From: a virus
Taxonomy: Duplodnaviria; Caudoviricetes
Length of the DNA: 31,383 nt
Strand: one strand, 5' to 3'
IMG/VR virus record: IMGVR_UViG_3300017651_000084
Coordinates: 1-31,383 of that record
Shown here: positions 15,099 through 23,357 of the stretch, one piece after another
Position numbering within the stretch: position 1 is the stretch's first letter
Layout of the letters: the number at the start of each line of letters is the position of its first letter
The notes under the pieces: generated by a model
What the model saw: only the letters and a program-made list of their open reading frames with translations
Databases searched by the model: none
What the model was told of the DNA's origin: nothing
Translations under genes and position numbers: made by a program

Positions 15099-15383
15099 AT
15101 GGACAGAGATTATTTGATTTCTCTTTGCGAAAAAGCAATTGTAAAACAAGATAATTGGACAGATAGGGATTCAGCAAGTTCCCAAGTTCAAATTGGCAAA
15201 GCGTGGGCTTTATTGAAAGCTAATTGCGACTACAAAGCCATCCAACAAAATGAACAAATCATAGATTTAACAATCGAATACAAAGGGTTTTCTTACTTTG
15301 AGATGTTGGATATGGAAAAAGATTATTTTTATATACCAACTGAAAAACTTCTTGAAAAAATGAACGGTAAGGACTGGTATTAA
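15099..15383 (+). CDS. Hypothetical protein
   Basis: RBS AGAAAGGAG; 94 aa. Confidence 0.75.
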   Translation: MDRDYLISLCEKAIVKQDNWTDRDSASSQVQIGKAWALLKANCDYKAIQQNEQIIDLTIEYKGFSYFEMLDMEKDYFYIPTEKLLEKMNGKDWY

Positions 15384-15414
15384 CTTCGCAGTTCGAGGAT
15401 TATTGACACAAAGC

Positions 15415-15491
15415 GCGAACTTTCGACGAACTTTTCGCGAACTTTTCGCGAACTAATTATGAACTTCTTTTGGTTATAAAGGTGATATGAT
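15415..15491 (+). promoter_or_regulatory. Late promoter: five 11-bp direct repeats plus extended -10
   Basis: RCGAACTTTTC-like units at 15415, 15426, 15437, 15448 and 15459; TGATATGAT at 15483-15491; no canonical -35. Confidence 0.72.
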
Positions 15492-15523
15492 TGTAATGTG
15501 AGAAAATTTCTTGAAGCAGGTTA

Positions 15524-15555
15524 GCGTCTTTCCAAATTGGGAGGACGCATTTTTT
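15524..15555 (+). terminator. Intrinsic terminator-like hairpin
   Basis: GCGTCTTTCCAA/TTGGGAGGACGC stem followed by ATTTTTT. Confidence 0.65.
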
Positions 15556-15557
15556 AT

Positions 15558-15629
15558 GTCTCTGTGGTGTAACGGAAAGCACAACATGTTTCTACCTTGC
15601 TAGTTCGGGTTCGATTCCTGACAGGGACT
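15558..15629 (+). tRNA. tRNA-Arg(TCT)-like gene with degenerate anticodon stem (possible pseudo-tRNA)
   Basis: Acceptor GTCTCTG/CAGGGAC, D-arm GTGT/GCAC with GG, T-arm TCGGG-TTCGATT-CCTGA, loop TTTCTAC. Anticodon stem ACATG/CTTGC has 2 mismatches; no encoded CCA. Confidence 0.72.
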
Positions 15630-15652
15630 TATTAACCCAAGAGGTGATTGAT

Positions 15653-15868
15653 ATGAGACTTGAAGATCATCTTAATGACAAACAGAAGAAGCAGCTCAAC
15701 AAGATAAGAGTATCTCTACCAAAACCTAAGAATAAGAAAAAGAATAAAGATAACAACAAATCTAGTACAGCTAAGAAGAAAGAAGAGAAGGTTGATTGGG
15801 TAGATATTATGGGGATGAATCGTGATACTTATAGACGTGGTAAGGGAGGAGCAATGAGAAGGAAATGA
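15653..15868 (+). CDS. Small basic phage protein
   Basis: RBS GAGGTG; ends W.DIMGMNRDTYRRGKGGAMRRK. Confidence 0.72.
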   Translation: MRLEDHLNDKQKKQLNKIRVSLPKPKNKKKNKDNNKSSTAKKKEEKVDWVDIMGMNRDTYRRGKGGAMRRK

Positions 15869-16176
15869 CAACAGAGGAATTAATTAAGCTCATTCGTTCC
15901 GATAACCTTATGAAGTTTTATAAATGTAAAGAATGGTTGGCACTTCGGGAAAGAGCGTTGAAACGAGACAATAATGAGTGTCAACTATGCAAGGCTAAGG
16001 GTAAAGTTGGACCTGCAGAGAATGTTCATCATATGAAAGAAGTAAAGACTCATCCAGAGTTAGCTTTATCACTGGACAACTTACAATGCCTTTGCATTCC
16101 GTGTCATAACGAAGTACATGATCGATTGGATAAGATTAGTAACAAACCAAAGTTTATAAACGAGGAGAGATGGTAA
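15865..16176 (+). CDS. HNH endonuclease (terminase-associated)
   Basis: FY...EW..LR..AL.RDN.ECQ.C...VHH......P.LAL...NL..LC..CHN..H. Confidence 0.93.
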   Translation: MTTEELIKLIRSDNLMKFYKCKEWLALRERALKRDNNECQLCKAKGKVGPAENVHHMKEVKTHPELALSLDNLQCLCIPCHNEVHDRLDKISNKPKFINEERW

Positions 16177-16485
16177 ATGAGTTGTACAGATTATCTATAT
16201 GAATGTTTATATTGTCAACATCAAGAAATAGTTAAAGCTTCTGATCCAAGGAAAGATGGTCGAAGCTGCAGCAAGTGCGGAAAGCATACAACATTATTAT
16301 GGTATCGACCAAGTGCTATTACGTTTGATGAAATGCATGAGTATCCTAATAAACTGTTACAAAGTTCAGTTCAAAAGAAAGCAAAAGAGAATATCAAGAA
16401 GATCTTATTAGACTATGACATTAACAGCATTGATTACAACGCAAAAGATGATGAATATGTGATTTATCTTGATAGAAAAGGATAA
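16177..16485 (+). CDS. Zinc-ribbon hypothetical protein
   Basis: RBS GAGGAG; CLYC...CSKCG. Confidence 0.7.
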   Translation: MSCTDYLYECLYCQHQEIVKASDPRKDGRSCSKCGKHTTLLWYRPSAITFDEMHEYPNKLLQSSVQKKAKENIKKILLDYDINSIDYNAKDDEYVIYLDRKG

Positions 16486-16489
16486 CATA

Positions 16490-16550
16490 TACCCCCCGGT
16501 CAAAAAGTTTCACCATTTTTGGGGGAACCGTTCAACGGGGAGGGGTGCAG
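16490..16550. other. Probable cos (cohesive end) region
   Basis: CCCCCCGG...GGGGGAACCGTTCAACGGGGAGGGG GC-run cluster between the HNH module and terS, the usual cos position in HNH-terminase phages. Confidence 0.6.
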
Positions 16551-16626
16551 ATTAAATAGATTTGAGCCAATTTCACTATGATTTATTGGTAATTACTGGT
16601 AAATAAATGGAAGGAGGGAAAGGAAA

Positions 16627-16938
16627 ATGGCGAGAAACAGCAAAGCTCAAAGAAAGCGCATTGAGAATGACCTTTTAAACCAGTTGGAAGAAAAGTGGAT
16701 CACTGGAACTCACTATGTAGATTTGGTACAAGACTACCTAGCTCTTTGGGATGTAAAGAATGAATTAATAGAAGACATAAAAACGAACGGTATAAAGGTT
16801 GTTGGGATGCATGGACCTAAATCTAATCCCTCCATCAATGACCTTAATAAAACGAATGCGCAGATGTTAAAAATTTTATCAGACCTCGGATTAAAGGCAT
16901 CACCAGAAATTAAGGATGATGGCGATGACGATTTCTAA
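16627..16938 (+). CDS. terS: Terminase small subunit (P27 family)
   Basis: DLV.DY..LW.....L..DIK..G.......NPSI..L.K.N.QMLKIL..LGL; directly upstream of terL. Confidence 0.88.
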   Translation: MARNSKAQRKRIENDLLNQLEEKWITGTHYVDLVQDYLALWDVKNELIEDIKTNGIKVVGMHGPKSNPSINDLNKTNAQMLKILSDLGLKASPEIKDDGDDDF

Positions 16939-18571
16939 GGTTATATATAATGAACACATTGATTTTTATATGCAAGAAATTGAATCCGGTAATATTAAAG
17001 CGTCAAAAGAATTAAAGCTTTTAATAAAATATTTAAAGGAAAAATTAAATCGAGAAAGAGACTTAATCTATATCAATCATGATGAAATCAATGATGCGAT
17101 TGAAAATATAGAAAAGTATTTTCCTTTTAAATTACTACCGTGGCAAAAATTTATAACTGCATTCGTTGTAGGACTGTTTTATAAAAATGATGACTCATTA
17201 GTCTTTAATGAGTTTTTTTTAATGATGGGTCGTGGAGCTGGAAAGAATGGATTCATTGCAGCGTTATGTTTTTACTTGATTTCTAAACAAAAAATTAGAA
17301 AGTATGACGTAGCAATTGTTGCAACTAATCAAAAACAAGCAAAGACATCTTTTATGGATGTATGGGAAGTGCTAGATGATCACTGGAAAAAACTTAGCAA
17401 ACATTTTAAAAGAACTCTAGAAGTTATAGGATTCTATAAGACGAAATCAAAGCTTGAATACTTCACAAATAATGCTAAAACAAAAGATGGTTTGAGACCA
17501 GGGGCGGTAATATTTGATGAAGTACATGCATATGAGAGCGAAGATAACATAAAGGTTTTCACCTCTGCGTTAGGGAAAGTACCAAGACCAAGAAGATTTT
17601 ATATTACTACAGATGGAAATATCCGTGATGGTTTTCTGGACCACATGAAGGAAGAAGCGAAAATGCTATTAAATGGAGAAATCCAAAATAGCAGAATGTT
17701 CCCCTTCATTTGTAAACTGGATTCACCAGAAGAAGTACATCATAAAACCAACTGGGAAAAAGCAAATCCATCAATCAATTACTTTCCCCATTTAATGCTC
17801 GAAATGGAAACGGAATACCATAATATTGAACATCGTAAATCAGCAAAGATTGAATTTATGACAAAAAGAATGAACATCCCTTCTCAGGATGCTTATGATT
17901 TAGTTGCTGAATGGGAAAAAATCGAAGCAACCAATCAGGATATACCAAACCTTAAAGGTTTTGAATGCATTGGTGGTGTTGATTATGCAGATACGAAAGA
18001 TTTTGTTGGAGTAGGATTATACTTTAAAGTTGGTTCAAAAAGATATTGGTTGCATCATACATTTATTAACCAAAAATCATTAAAACAAAACAATTATAAA
18101 GTCGATATTGAATTGGCAAAAGAACAAGGGTTAGTAACAATTATAAAAGATGAAACAATAAAACCCGAATATGTTGTAAAGTGGTTTGCTGAAAAATCTA
18201 GCGAATACCAGATAAAATTAATTGCTAGTGATATGTATAGGGTAAATTATCTTAGAGAAGAATTCGAAAAAGTTGGATTTAAAAATTTGTCTATAGCAAG
18301 AAGTGGTACCAAAACGCATACACAATTACAACCAATTGTTGAAGACTTATTCGCATATGAAAACATTGTATATGGTGATGATCTAATGATGCGTTGGTAT
18401 ACGAATAATACGTATGTAAAAAGAGATGGAAAAGGGAATATAACTTATGAAAAGATCGAGCCACGTCTGAGAAAGACAGATGGCTTTTTTGCGTTTATTC
18501 ATGCGTTGCAATTTGATTCTGAATTGAAAGATAGAAAACTACAAAAACCACTGAAAGCTATTGTATTTTAA
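16916..18571 (+). CDS. terL: Terminase large subunit
   Basis: LLPWQKF, Walker A MGRGAGKNG, Walker B VIFDEVH, nuclease GGVDYA and KTDGFFA. True start may be 16919 or 16925. Confidence 0.95.
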   Translation: MMAMTISKVIYNEHIDFYMQEIESGNIKASKELKLLIKYLKEKLNRERDLIYINHDEINDAIENIEKYFPFKLLPWQKFITAFVVGLFYKNDDSLVFNEFFLMMGRGAGKNGFIAALCFYLISKQKIRKYDVAIVATNQKQAKTSFMDVWEVLDDHWKKLSKHFKRTLEVIGFYKTKSKLEYFTNNAKTKDGLRPGAVIFDEVHAYESEDNIKVFTSALGKVPRPRRFYITTDGNIRDGFLDHMKEEAKMLLNGEIQNSRMFPFICKLDSPEEVHHKTNWEKANPSINYFPHLMLEMETEYHNIEHRKSAKIEFMTKRMNIPSQDAYDLVAEWEKIEATNQDIPNLKGFECIGGVDYADTKDFVGVGLYFKVGSKRYWLHHTFINQKSLKQNNYKVDIELAKEQGLVTIIKDETIKPEYVVKWFAEKSSEYQIKLIASDMYRVNYLREEFEKVGFKNLSIARSGTKTHTQLQPIVEDLFAYENIVYGDDLMMRWYTNNTYVKRDGKGNITYEKIEPRLRKTDGFFAFIHALQFDSELKDRKLQKPLKAIVF

Positions 18572-18583
18572 GGAGGTGAGAGT

Positions 18584-19729
18584 TTGGGATTATATAGTTT
18601 CTTTAAAAGTTGGTTTACCCCAGAAGGGAAATTAAACGATGTTATTTATTTAGATTTAGCCATTGAATATCACATTAAAAGATTAGCTGTTGAGTCATGT
18701 ATAAATTTAATTGCTAACACTTTAGTTCGTTGCCCGATTCGAACGTTCGAAAATGGCAAGGAGATTATCAGTCGTAATCATTACCTTTTTAACGTAGAGC
18801 CCAATCAAAATCAAAATGCTAGTCAATTCTTTCATGAATTCGTATCAAAATTAGTTTATGAGAATGAATGCTTAGTTATTATGCAAAATGAACAGTTGTA
18901 TATAGCGGATGATTTTGACAGAAAAGAATATGCATTTTTTGAAAATACATATTCGAAAATTGTAGTGAATGGATATCAATTAAATAAATCCTTTCAAGAA
19001 AGCGAGGTCCTATATTTCAAACTTAACAATAACAAGATTAGAAATGTTATTGATGATTTATATGAGACATACGGAAAGCTGATAGCATCTGCAATGAACT
19101 ATTATAAACGGTCAAATGCTTTGAGAGTGAAACTGAAATTGGAAGGCGTGTTTTCTCAGAATACAGAAGAACAAGAACAGCGTGAGGAAATGTTTAACGC
19201 ACAATTAAAAAAGTTTCTTGAAGCTGAAAACGCAGCTGCTCTTCCATTGCAAGATGGAATTACTCTTGAGGAACTTACCAATCTTTCAAATAGTGGTCGC
19301 ACAAGTAGAGACATACGCGCTCTTATTGATGATGTATTTGACATTGTGAGTATGGGGTTTCTTATCCCTAAAGGTTTAATCAAAGGTGATTTAGCTGATG
19401 TGGAGGGGCAGACAGATAATTTTGTTATGTTTTGTATTGCTCCAATTGCAGAGTTAATTCAAGACGAAGGAAATAGAAAAGTATACAAAAAGGATGGGTA
19501 CTTAAAACGTAATTATATGAAAGTTGATACCTCTATGATCAAGTACGTAGATATCGTCAAATTGGCAACTGCAATAGATAAATTATTCTCAAGTGGTACC
19601 CGCAGTGTCAATGAAAACAGAATGATGATTGGCGAGGAACCAATTGACGCAGATTGGGCGAATGAGCACCACATTACTAAGAACTATCAAAGTGTCAAAG
19701 ATTATTTGAAAGGGGGTGAAAGTAAGTGA
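18584..19729 (+). CDS. Portal protein (HK97 family)
   Basis: AV..CI..IA...LFNVEPN.NQ.A..F; NE.R...G..P; position after terL. Confidence 0.92.
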   Translation: MGLYSFFKSWFTPEGKLNDVIYLDLAIEYHIKRLAVESCINLIANTLVRCPIRTFENGKEIISRNHYLFNVEPNQNQNASQFFHEFVSKLVYENECLVIMQNEQLYIADDFDRKEYAFFENTYSKIVVNGYQLNKSFQESEVLYFKLNNNKIRNVIDDLYETYGKLIASAMNYYKRSNALRVKLKLEGVFSQNTEEQEQREEMFNAQLKKFLEAENAAALPLQDGITLEELTNLSNSGRTSRDIRALIDDVFDIVSMGFLIPKGLIKGDLADVEGQTDNFVMFCIAPIAELIQDEGNRKVYKKDGYLKRNYMKVDTSMIKYVDIVKLATAIDKLFSSGTRSVNENRMMIGEEPIDADWANEHHITKNYQSVKDYLKGGESK

Positions 19730-20457
19730 AAATGAAGCGATTCAAGAACGAAAAGTACAATGAAATGGCTGCTGAAATCAAACATAATTTTAAAGCGGAA
19801 GTTTCCGGAGATACAACTGAGATTACTATTTATGGTGATATCGGTGAGTCCTGGTGGTATGAATCTATATCAGCAAATGATATTAAGGAAGCTTTAAAGA
19901 ATGTCACGACCGAAACAGTCACTGTTCGTTTGAATAGTCCTGGAGGCGACGCTTTCGATGGCATTACAATTTATAATCAACTAAAGAACCATGATGCAAA
20001 AGTAATTATTTATGTAGATGGATTAGCTGCAAGTGCAGCATCTGTAATTGCAATGGCAGCTGACGAACTAATCATGAATACCGGTTCCATGTTGATGATT
20101 CATGAAGCTTCCACATTTGCATGGGGTACTAAGACTGATATTAAGAAGACATTAAACGCTTTGGAAGGCTTAGATAAATCTCTTGCAGATATCTATATGA
20201 CACGTTATCAAGGTGAAAGAAGTGAAATAGACACCATGATTCAAAATGAAACATGGTTTACTGCAAGTGAAGCAGTAGAAGTTGGTCTCGCTGATAAGGT
20301 GAATGAAGTGGATGAAACTGAAGATGATGAAGCAGAGGACATTGATGCTGAAGCATACAAAAATAACGTCCTTATGAAATTCAGAAATAATAAAACGCTG
20401 ATTGCTGCAAGTGCTAGTAATAAAAATATCTTAGGTAAATTCAGGAGGGAAAATTAA
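19726..20457 (+). CDS. ClpP-like prohead maturation protease
   Basis: IYGDIG, LNSPGGD, DGLAASAASVI, LMIH, ETWFTA.EA...G.AD. Confidence 0.94.
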   Translation: MKMKRFKNEKYNEMAAEIKHNFKAEVSGDTTEITIYGDIGESWWYESISANDIKEALKNVTTETVTVRLNSPGGDAFDGITIYNQLKNHDAKVIIYVDGLAASAASVIAMAADELIMNTGSMLMIHEASTFAWGTKTDIKKTLNALEGLDKSLADIYMTRYQGERSEIDTMIQNETWFTASEAVEVGLADKVNEVDETEDDEAEDIDAEAYKNNVLMKFRNNKTLIAASASNKNILGKFRREN

Positions 20458-21668
20458 TGACTTTAACAACTAAAAAAGATTTCTTACTTAACCTTAACCT
20501 TCAACATTTTGCGGTGAAAAATTTAGATCGCAGTCAAACAGTAATTGAAAATAAGGATGAGCAAATCACTGCAATGCAACAAGCATTTGAAAATGGAGAT
20601 GCAAAAGAGGTTGCGGAAAAAATTGTAACAAACTTTGAAAACAATTTACTTCATTTCCAAGACATGATGAACTCAGTCATCAAAGAAGCTCAACAAGCTA
20701 AAGATGAGAATTGGGATGCACAAGTTTTAGCTTCCCGTGGTGTTCGTGTTTTAACCACAGAAGAAAAGAAATTTTACAATGCTGCAATCGAGGTACAATC
20801 ATTTGATCAAGTTGAACAATTAATGCCTCCAACTGTATTTGAACGAGTGTTCGAGGATTTGCAAAAAGAACACCCTTTATTATCATTAGTTAACTTTCAA
20901 CAAACAGGAGCAACTACATCTTGGGTACTTCGTAAGCCAGGAACACCAGCTGCGTTCTGGGGAGATGTAACAGCTGCAGTTCAAGAAATGATTGATGAAG
21001 GTTTCCGCACAATTGAACAAGGTATGTTCAAACTTAGTGGTTTCTTAGTTGTATCAAAAGCAATGTTTGAGCTGGGACCTGAATGGTTAGATCGTTACGT
21101 CCGTCTCTTTATGCAAGAAGTTGTTGCCGATGAATTAGAAAACGTAATTGTTAATGGCGATGGTAACAAAAAACCAATTGGTATGATTAAAGATTTAGAA
21201 GGAGCTGTAGTTGGTGGAGCTTACCCTGACAAAACACCTGTTGCTTTACCTGATTTTTCACCATCAACAATTGGAACAGAAATACTAGCGCCAACTACAA
21301 AAGGTGGTACTCGTCGTTATACTGGTGTAACTCTAATTGTCAATCCATTAGATTATGCAACAAAATTCTTTTCATTAGGAGCAAAACAAAAAGACGATGG
21401 TACATGGACATATGATAATTTTGCAGTTCCGGGTCTTAAAATTGTACAATCTCCTGCAGTGCCATTAAATCGTATGGTTGCGGGTAATCCAAAGGATTAC
21501 TTTATGGGTGTTGCATCAAAACAGACATTAGAAACTACTGATGTATTACGAATGATTGAAGACCAACGTTTGTATTTAATTCGTCGCCTTGCAAACGGTC
21601 GGCCGCTTGATCCAGATTCATTCACTGTATACGATATTAGCGCTCTTGAACCAGCACCTGCAGTTTAA
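20457..21668 (+). CDS. Major capsid protein (HK97 fold with N-terminal delta domain)
   Basis: RG...LT.EE.KFY, P.TV..RVFEDL..EHPLL, GP.WLDRYV, GDG..KPIG. Confidence 0.93.
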   Translation: MTLTTKKDFLLNLNLQHFAVKNLDRSQTVIENKDEQITAMQQAFENGDAKEVAEKIVTNFENNLLHFQDMMNSVIKEAQQAKDENWDAQVLASRGVRVLTTEEKKFYNAAIEVQSFDQVEQLMPPTVFERVFEDLQKEHPLLSLVNFQQTGATTSWVLRKPGTPAAFWGDVTAAVQEMIDEGFRTIEQGMFKLSGFLVVSKAMFELGPEWLDRYVRLFMQEVVADELENVIVNGDGNKKPIGMIKDLEGAVVGGAYPDKTPVALPDFSPSTIGTEILAPTTKGGTRRYTGVTLIVNPLDYATKFFSLGAKQKDDGTWTYDNFAVPGLKIVQSPAVPLNRMVAGNPKDYFMGVASKQTLETTDVLRMIEDQRLYLIRRLANGRPLDPDSFTVYDISALEPAPAV

Positions 21669-21694
21669 TGGATAAATAGAAGGGAGATTTATAC

Positions 21695-21901
21695 ATGCCT
21701 TATAAAGTAATCAATAAGTTTAAAGATTCAAAAGACAATAACACTCTTTACGAGGTGGGAGATGAGTATCCCAAAGGAGACTACAAACCTACAAAAAAAC
21801 GAATCGAGGAATTGTCTAAGGAACATAAACATTATAAACGTGTCTTTATCCAGGAAGTTGAATCGAATGAAGAAACGAAAGAACCATCTTCTGAAAAATA
21901 A
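21695..21901 (+). CDS. Small head-associated protein
   Basis: YKVI..FKD......Y.VGD.YP......RIEEL pattern typical of the gene after the capsid gene. Confidence 0.7.
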   Translation: MPYKVINKFKDSKDNNTLYEVGDEYPKGDYKPTKKRIEELSKEHKHYKRVFIQEVESNEETKEPSSEK

Positions 21902-21907
21902 TAGGAG

Positions 21908-22207
21908 GTGGTTTTTATGCTTGAAGAGGTAAAAAGCTACTTACACATAACGTGGAATGAAGAAGATGCCACTGTGTTAATACCCATGATCAACAGAGGG
22001 AAAGCATATTTAAACGACATTGCTGATTGTGAGTTGGTTTATGAAGATGATTACCAGGCAAAGCAGTTATTGCTAGATTATTGTCGTTATGTTCGTAACA
22101 ATACATTTGAAATGTTTGAAGTCAATTTCAAGCGAGAACTCCTTAAACTTTCCATAAGAGAAGGAGTGAAAAAACATGTTTCGTCAACAACAACCACCAC
22201 TACATGA
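21908..22207 (+). CDS. Head-tail connector (gp6-like)
   Basis: LEEVK.YL.ITW..ED...LLLDYCRY.RN...E.FE.NF; start may be ATG 21917. Confidence 0.8.
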   Translation: MVFMLEEVKSYLHITWNEEDATVLIPMINRGKAYLNDIADCELVYEDDYQAKQLLLDYCRYVRNNTFEMFEVNFKRELLKLSIREGVKKHVSSTTTTTT

Positions 22208-22538
22208 AGTGTTTAATGATGGTTTATTAATTTATGGACATAAACAAACGCAACGCTCTTCTACTGGAAAACGAATAGGAGAAGCCTTTATCAGTGAAGG
22301 AACATTAGCATTCAAAGAGATTTCAAGAAGAGACAATGACTTTCAATTTGCTGGTATGATGGGTGCGAGTTTAGACTTAAAAGTTAAAACTCAGTACCCT
22401 CCTTCTTTTAGGAACGTTAATAAAGCTAAACTAAATGTAATCATAAATAATATAGAATATGATGTGATTAAAGTTGATTCTGACAACTTAAAACGGCATC
22501 TTTATTTCTATCTTCAGGAAGTAGGTGGATTAAGTTGA
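22176..22538 (+). CDS. Head closure / head-tail adaptor
   Basis: FNDG.L..G...Y.VIKVD; position in the neck module. Confidence 0.72.
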   Translation: MFRQQQPPLHEVFNDGLLIYGHKQTQRSSTGKRIGEAFISEGTLAFKEISRRDNDFQFAGMMGASLDLKVKTQYPPSFRNVNKAKLNVIINNIEYDVIKVDSDNLKRHLYFYLQEVGGLS

Positions 22539-22939
22539 ATGAAAGAACTAAAACAATAATGCGCGAACAAAAAGAAGCCATTTTTAATAACCTTTCAACT
22601 CAATTTAATCTTCCTGTTTTTGAGGATGATATTGCAGAGGACGAGGAAAAGGACCTTGATAAAAACGGTTATAACTGTTTTATTTTTGAAACAGGGAATT
22701 TCCAACCTACACAAGATTTTAAAAAACTCTCTCAGGATATCAATGTTTATTATCATTCTGAAAATAAAGATGATGTAGACGAAATGACAATAGATATTAT
22801 ATCTAGTCTGATAACAGTTAAAGGAGTCTACTTTACTGATTCAACTAAAGAACGAATGCAGATGAAGGATACTGATCGTTTTATGGATAGAGTAACAATT
22901 ACATTTACGAGGAAGATTCCAATTGAGTATCAAGTATAA
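22535..22939 (+). CDS. Putative tail terminator/completion protein
   Basis: Acidic 134-aa protein in the neck module; assignment by position and size only. Confidence 0.55.
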   Translation: MNERTKTIMREQKEAIFNNLSTQFNLPVFEDDIAEDEEKDLDKNGYNCFIFETGNFQPTQDFKKLSQDINVYYHSENKDDVDEMTIDIISSLITVKGVYFTDSTKERMQMKDTDRFMDRVTITFTRKIPIEYQV

Positions 22940-23357
22940 GCTGGATTATTCAGAGATAGTAAAACTTCAAAATAAAATATCTCAACTACCTGATGTAATG
23001 GAGGATGTTATTAATGACACTTTACATACAGACGGTGCTGAGATAACGATTGAAGAAATTACTAAATTCATTCCAGTATCCACATTTAAAAACAGAATGA
23101 GAAAAAAGAAACATGCGAAGACAAGTAATTGGTCTAAAGTGAAAAATGACAATTTGGGTTTCACGATTACAACTAAGGGTGGAGCTGCAAAGAAAAAAGG
23201 TAGTTTTGGATACCTCGTCTTTCCGAATGAAGGACGTGGACCATCCAATCCAGTAGAACAAAGATTCATGGAAAAAGGATTAGAAAAGGCTACACCAAGA
23301 ATTATGAATAGATTGAATGAGCGGATAGATAAGAAATTAGAGGAGGCGTTAAATTAA
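22923..23357 (+). CDS. HK97 gp10-like neck/tail component
   Basis: IPVS...H...FGYLVFP.EGRG......Q.FMEKG pattern. Confidence 0.65.
   Translation: MSIKYKLDYSEIVKLQNKISQLPDVMEDVINDTLHTDGAEITIEEITKFIPVSTFKNRMRKKKHAKTSNWSKVKNDNLGFTITTKGGAAKKKGSFGYLVFPNEGRGPSNPVEQRFMEKGLEKATPRIMNRLNERIDKKLEEALN

Noticed and set aside
15415-15469. CRISPR-like repeat array
   Set aside because: 11-bp tandem units with no spacers and no cas genes; fits activator-binding repeats.
15585-15600. Amber-suppressor (CTA) reading of the tRNA anticodon
   Set aside because: Cloverleaf spacing places TCT at positions 34-36; shifting to CTA destroys the remaining stem pairs.
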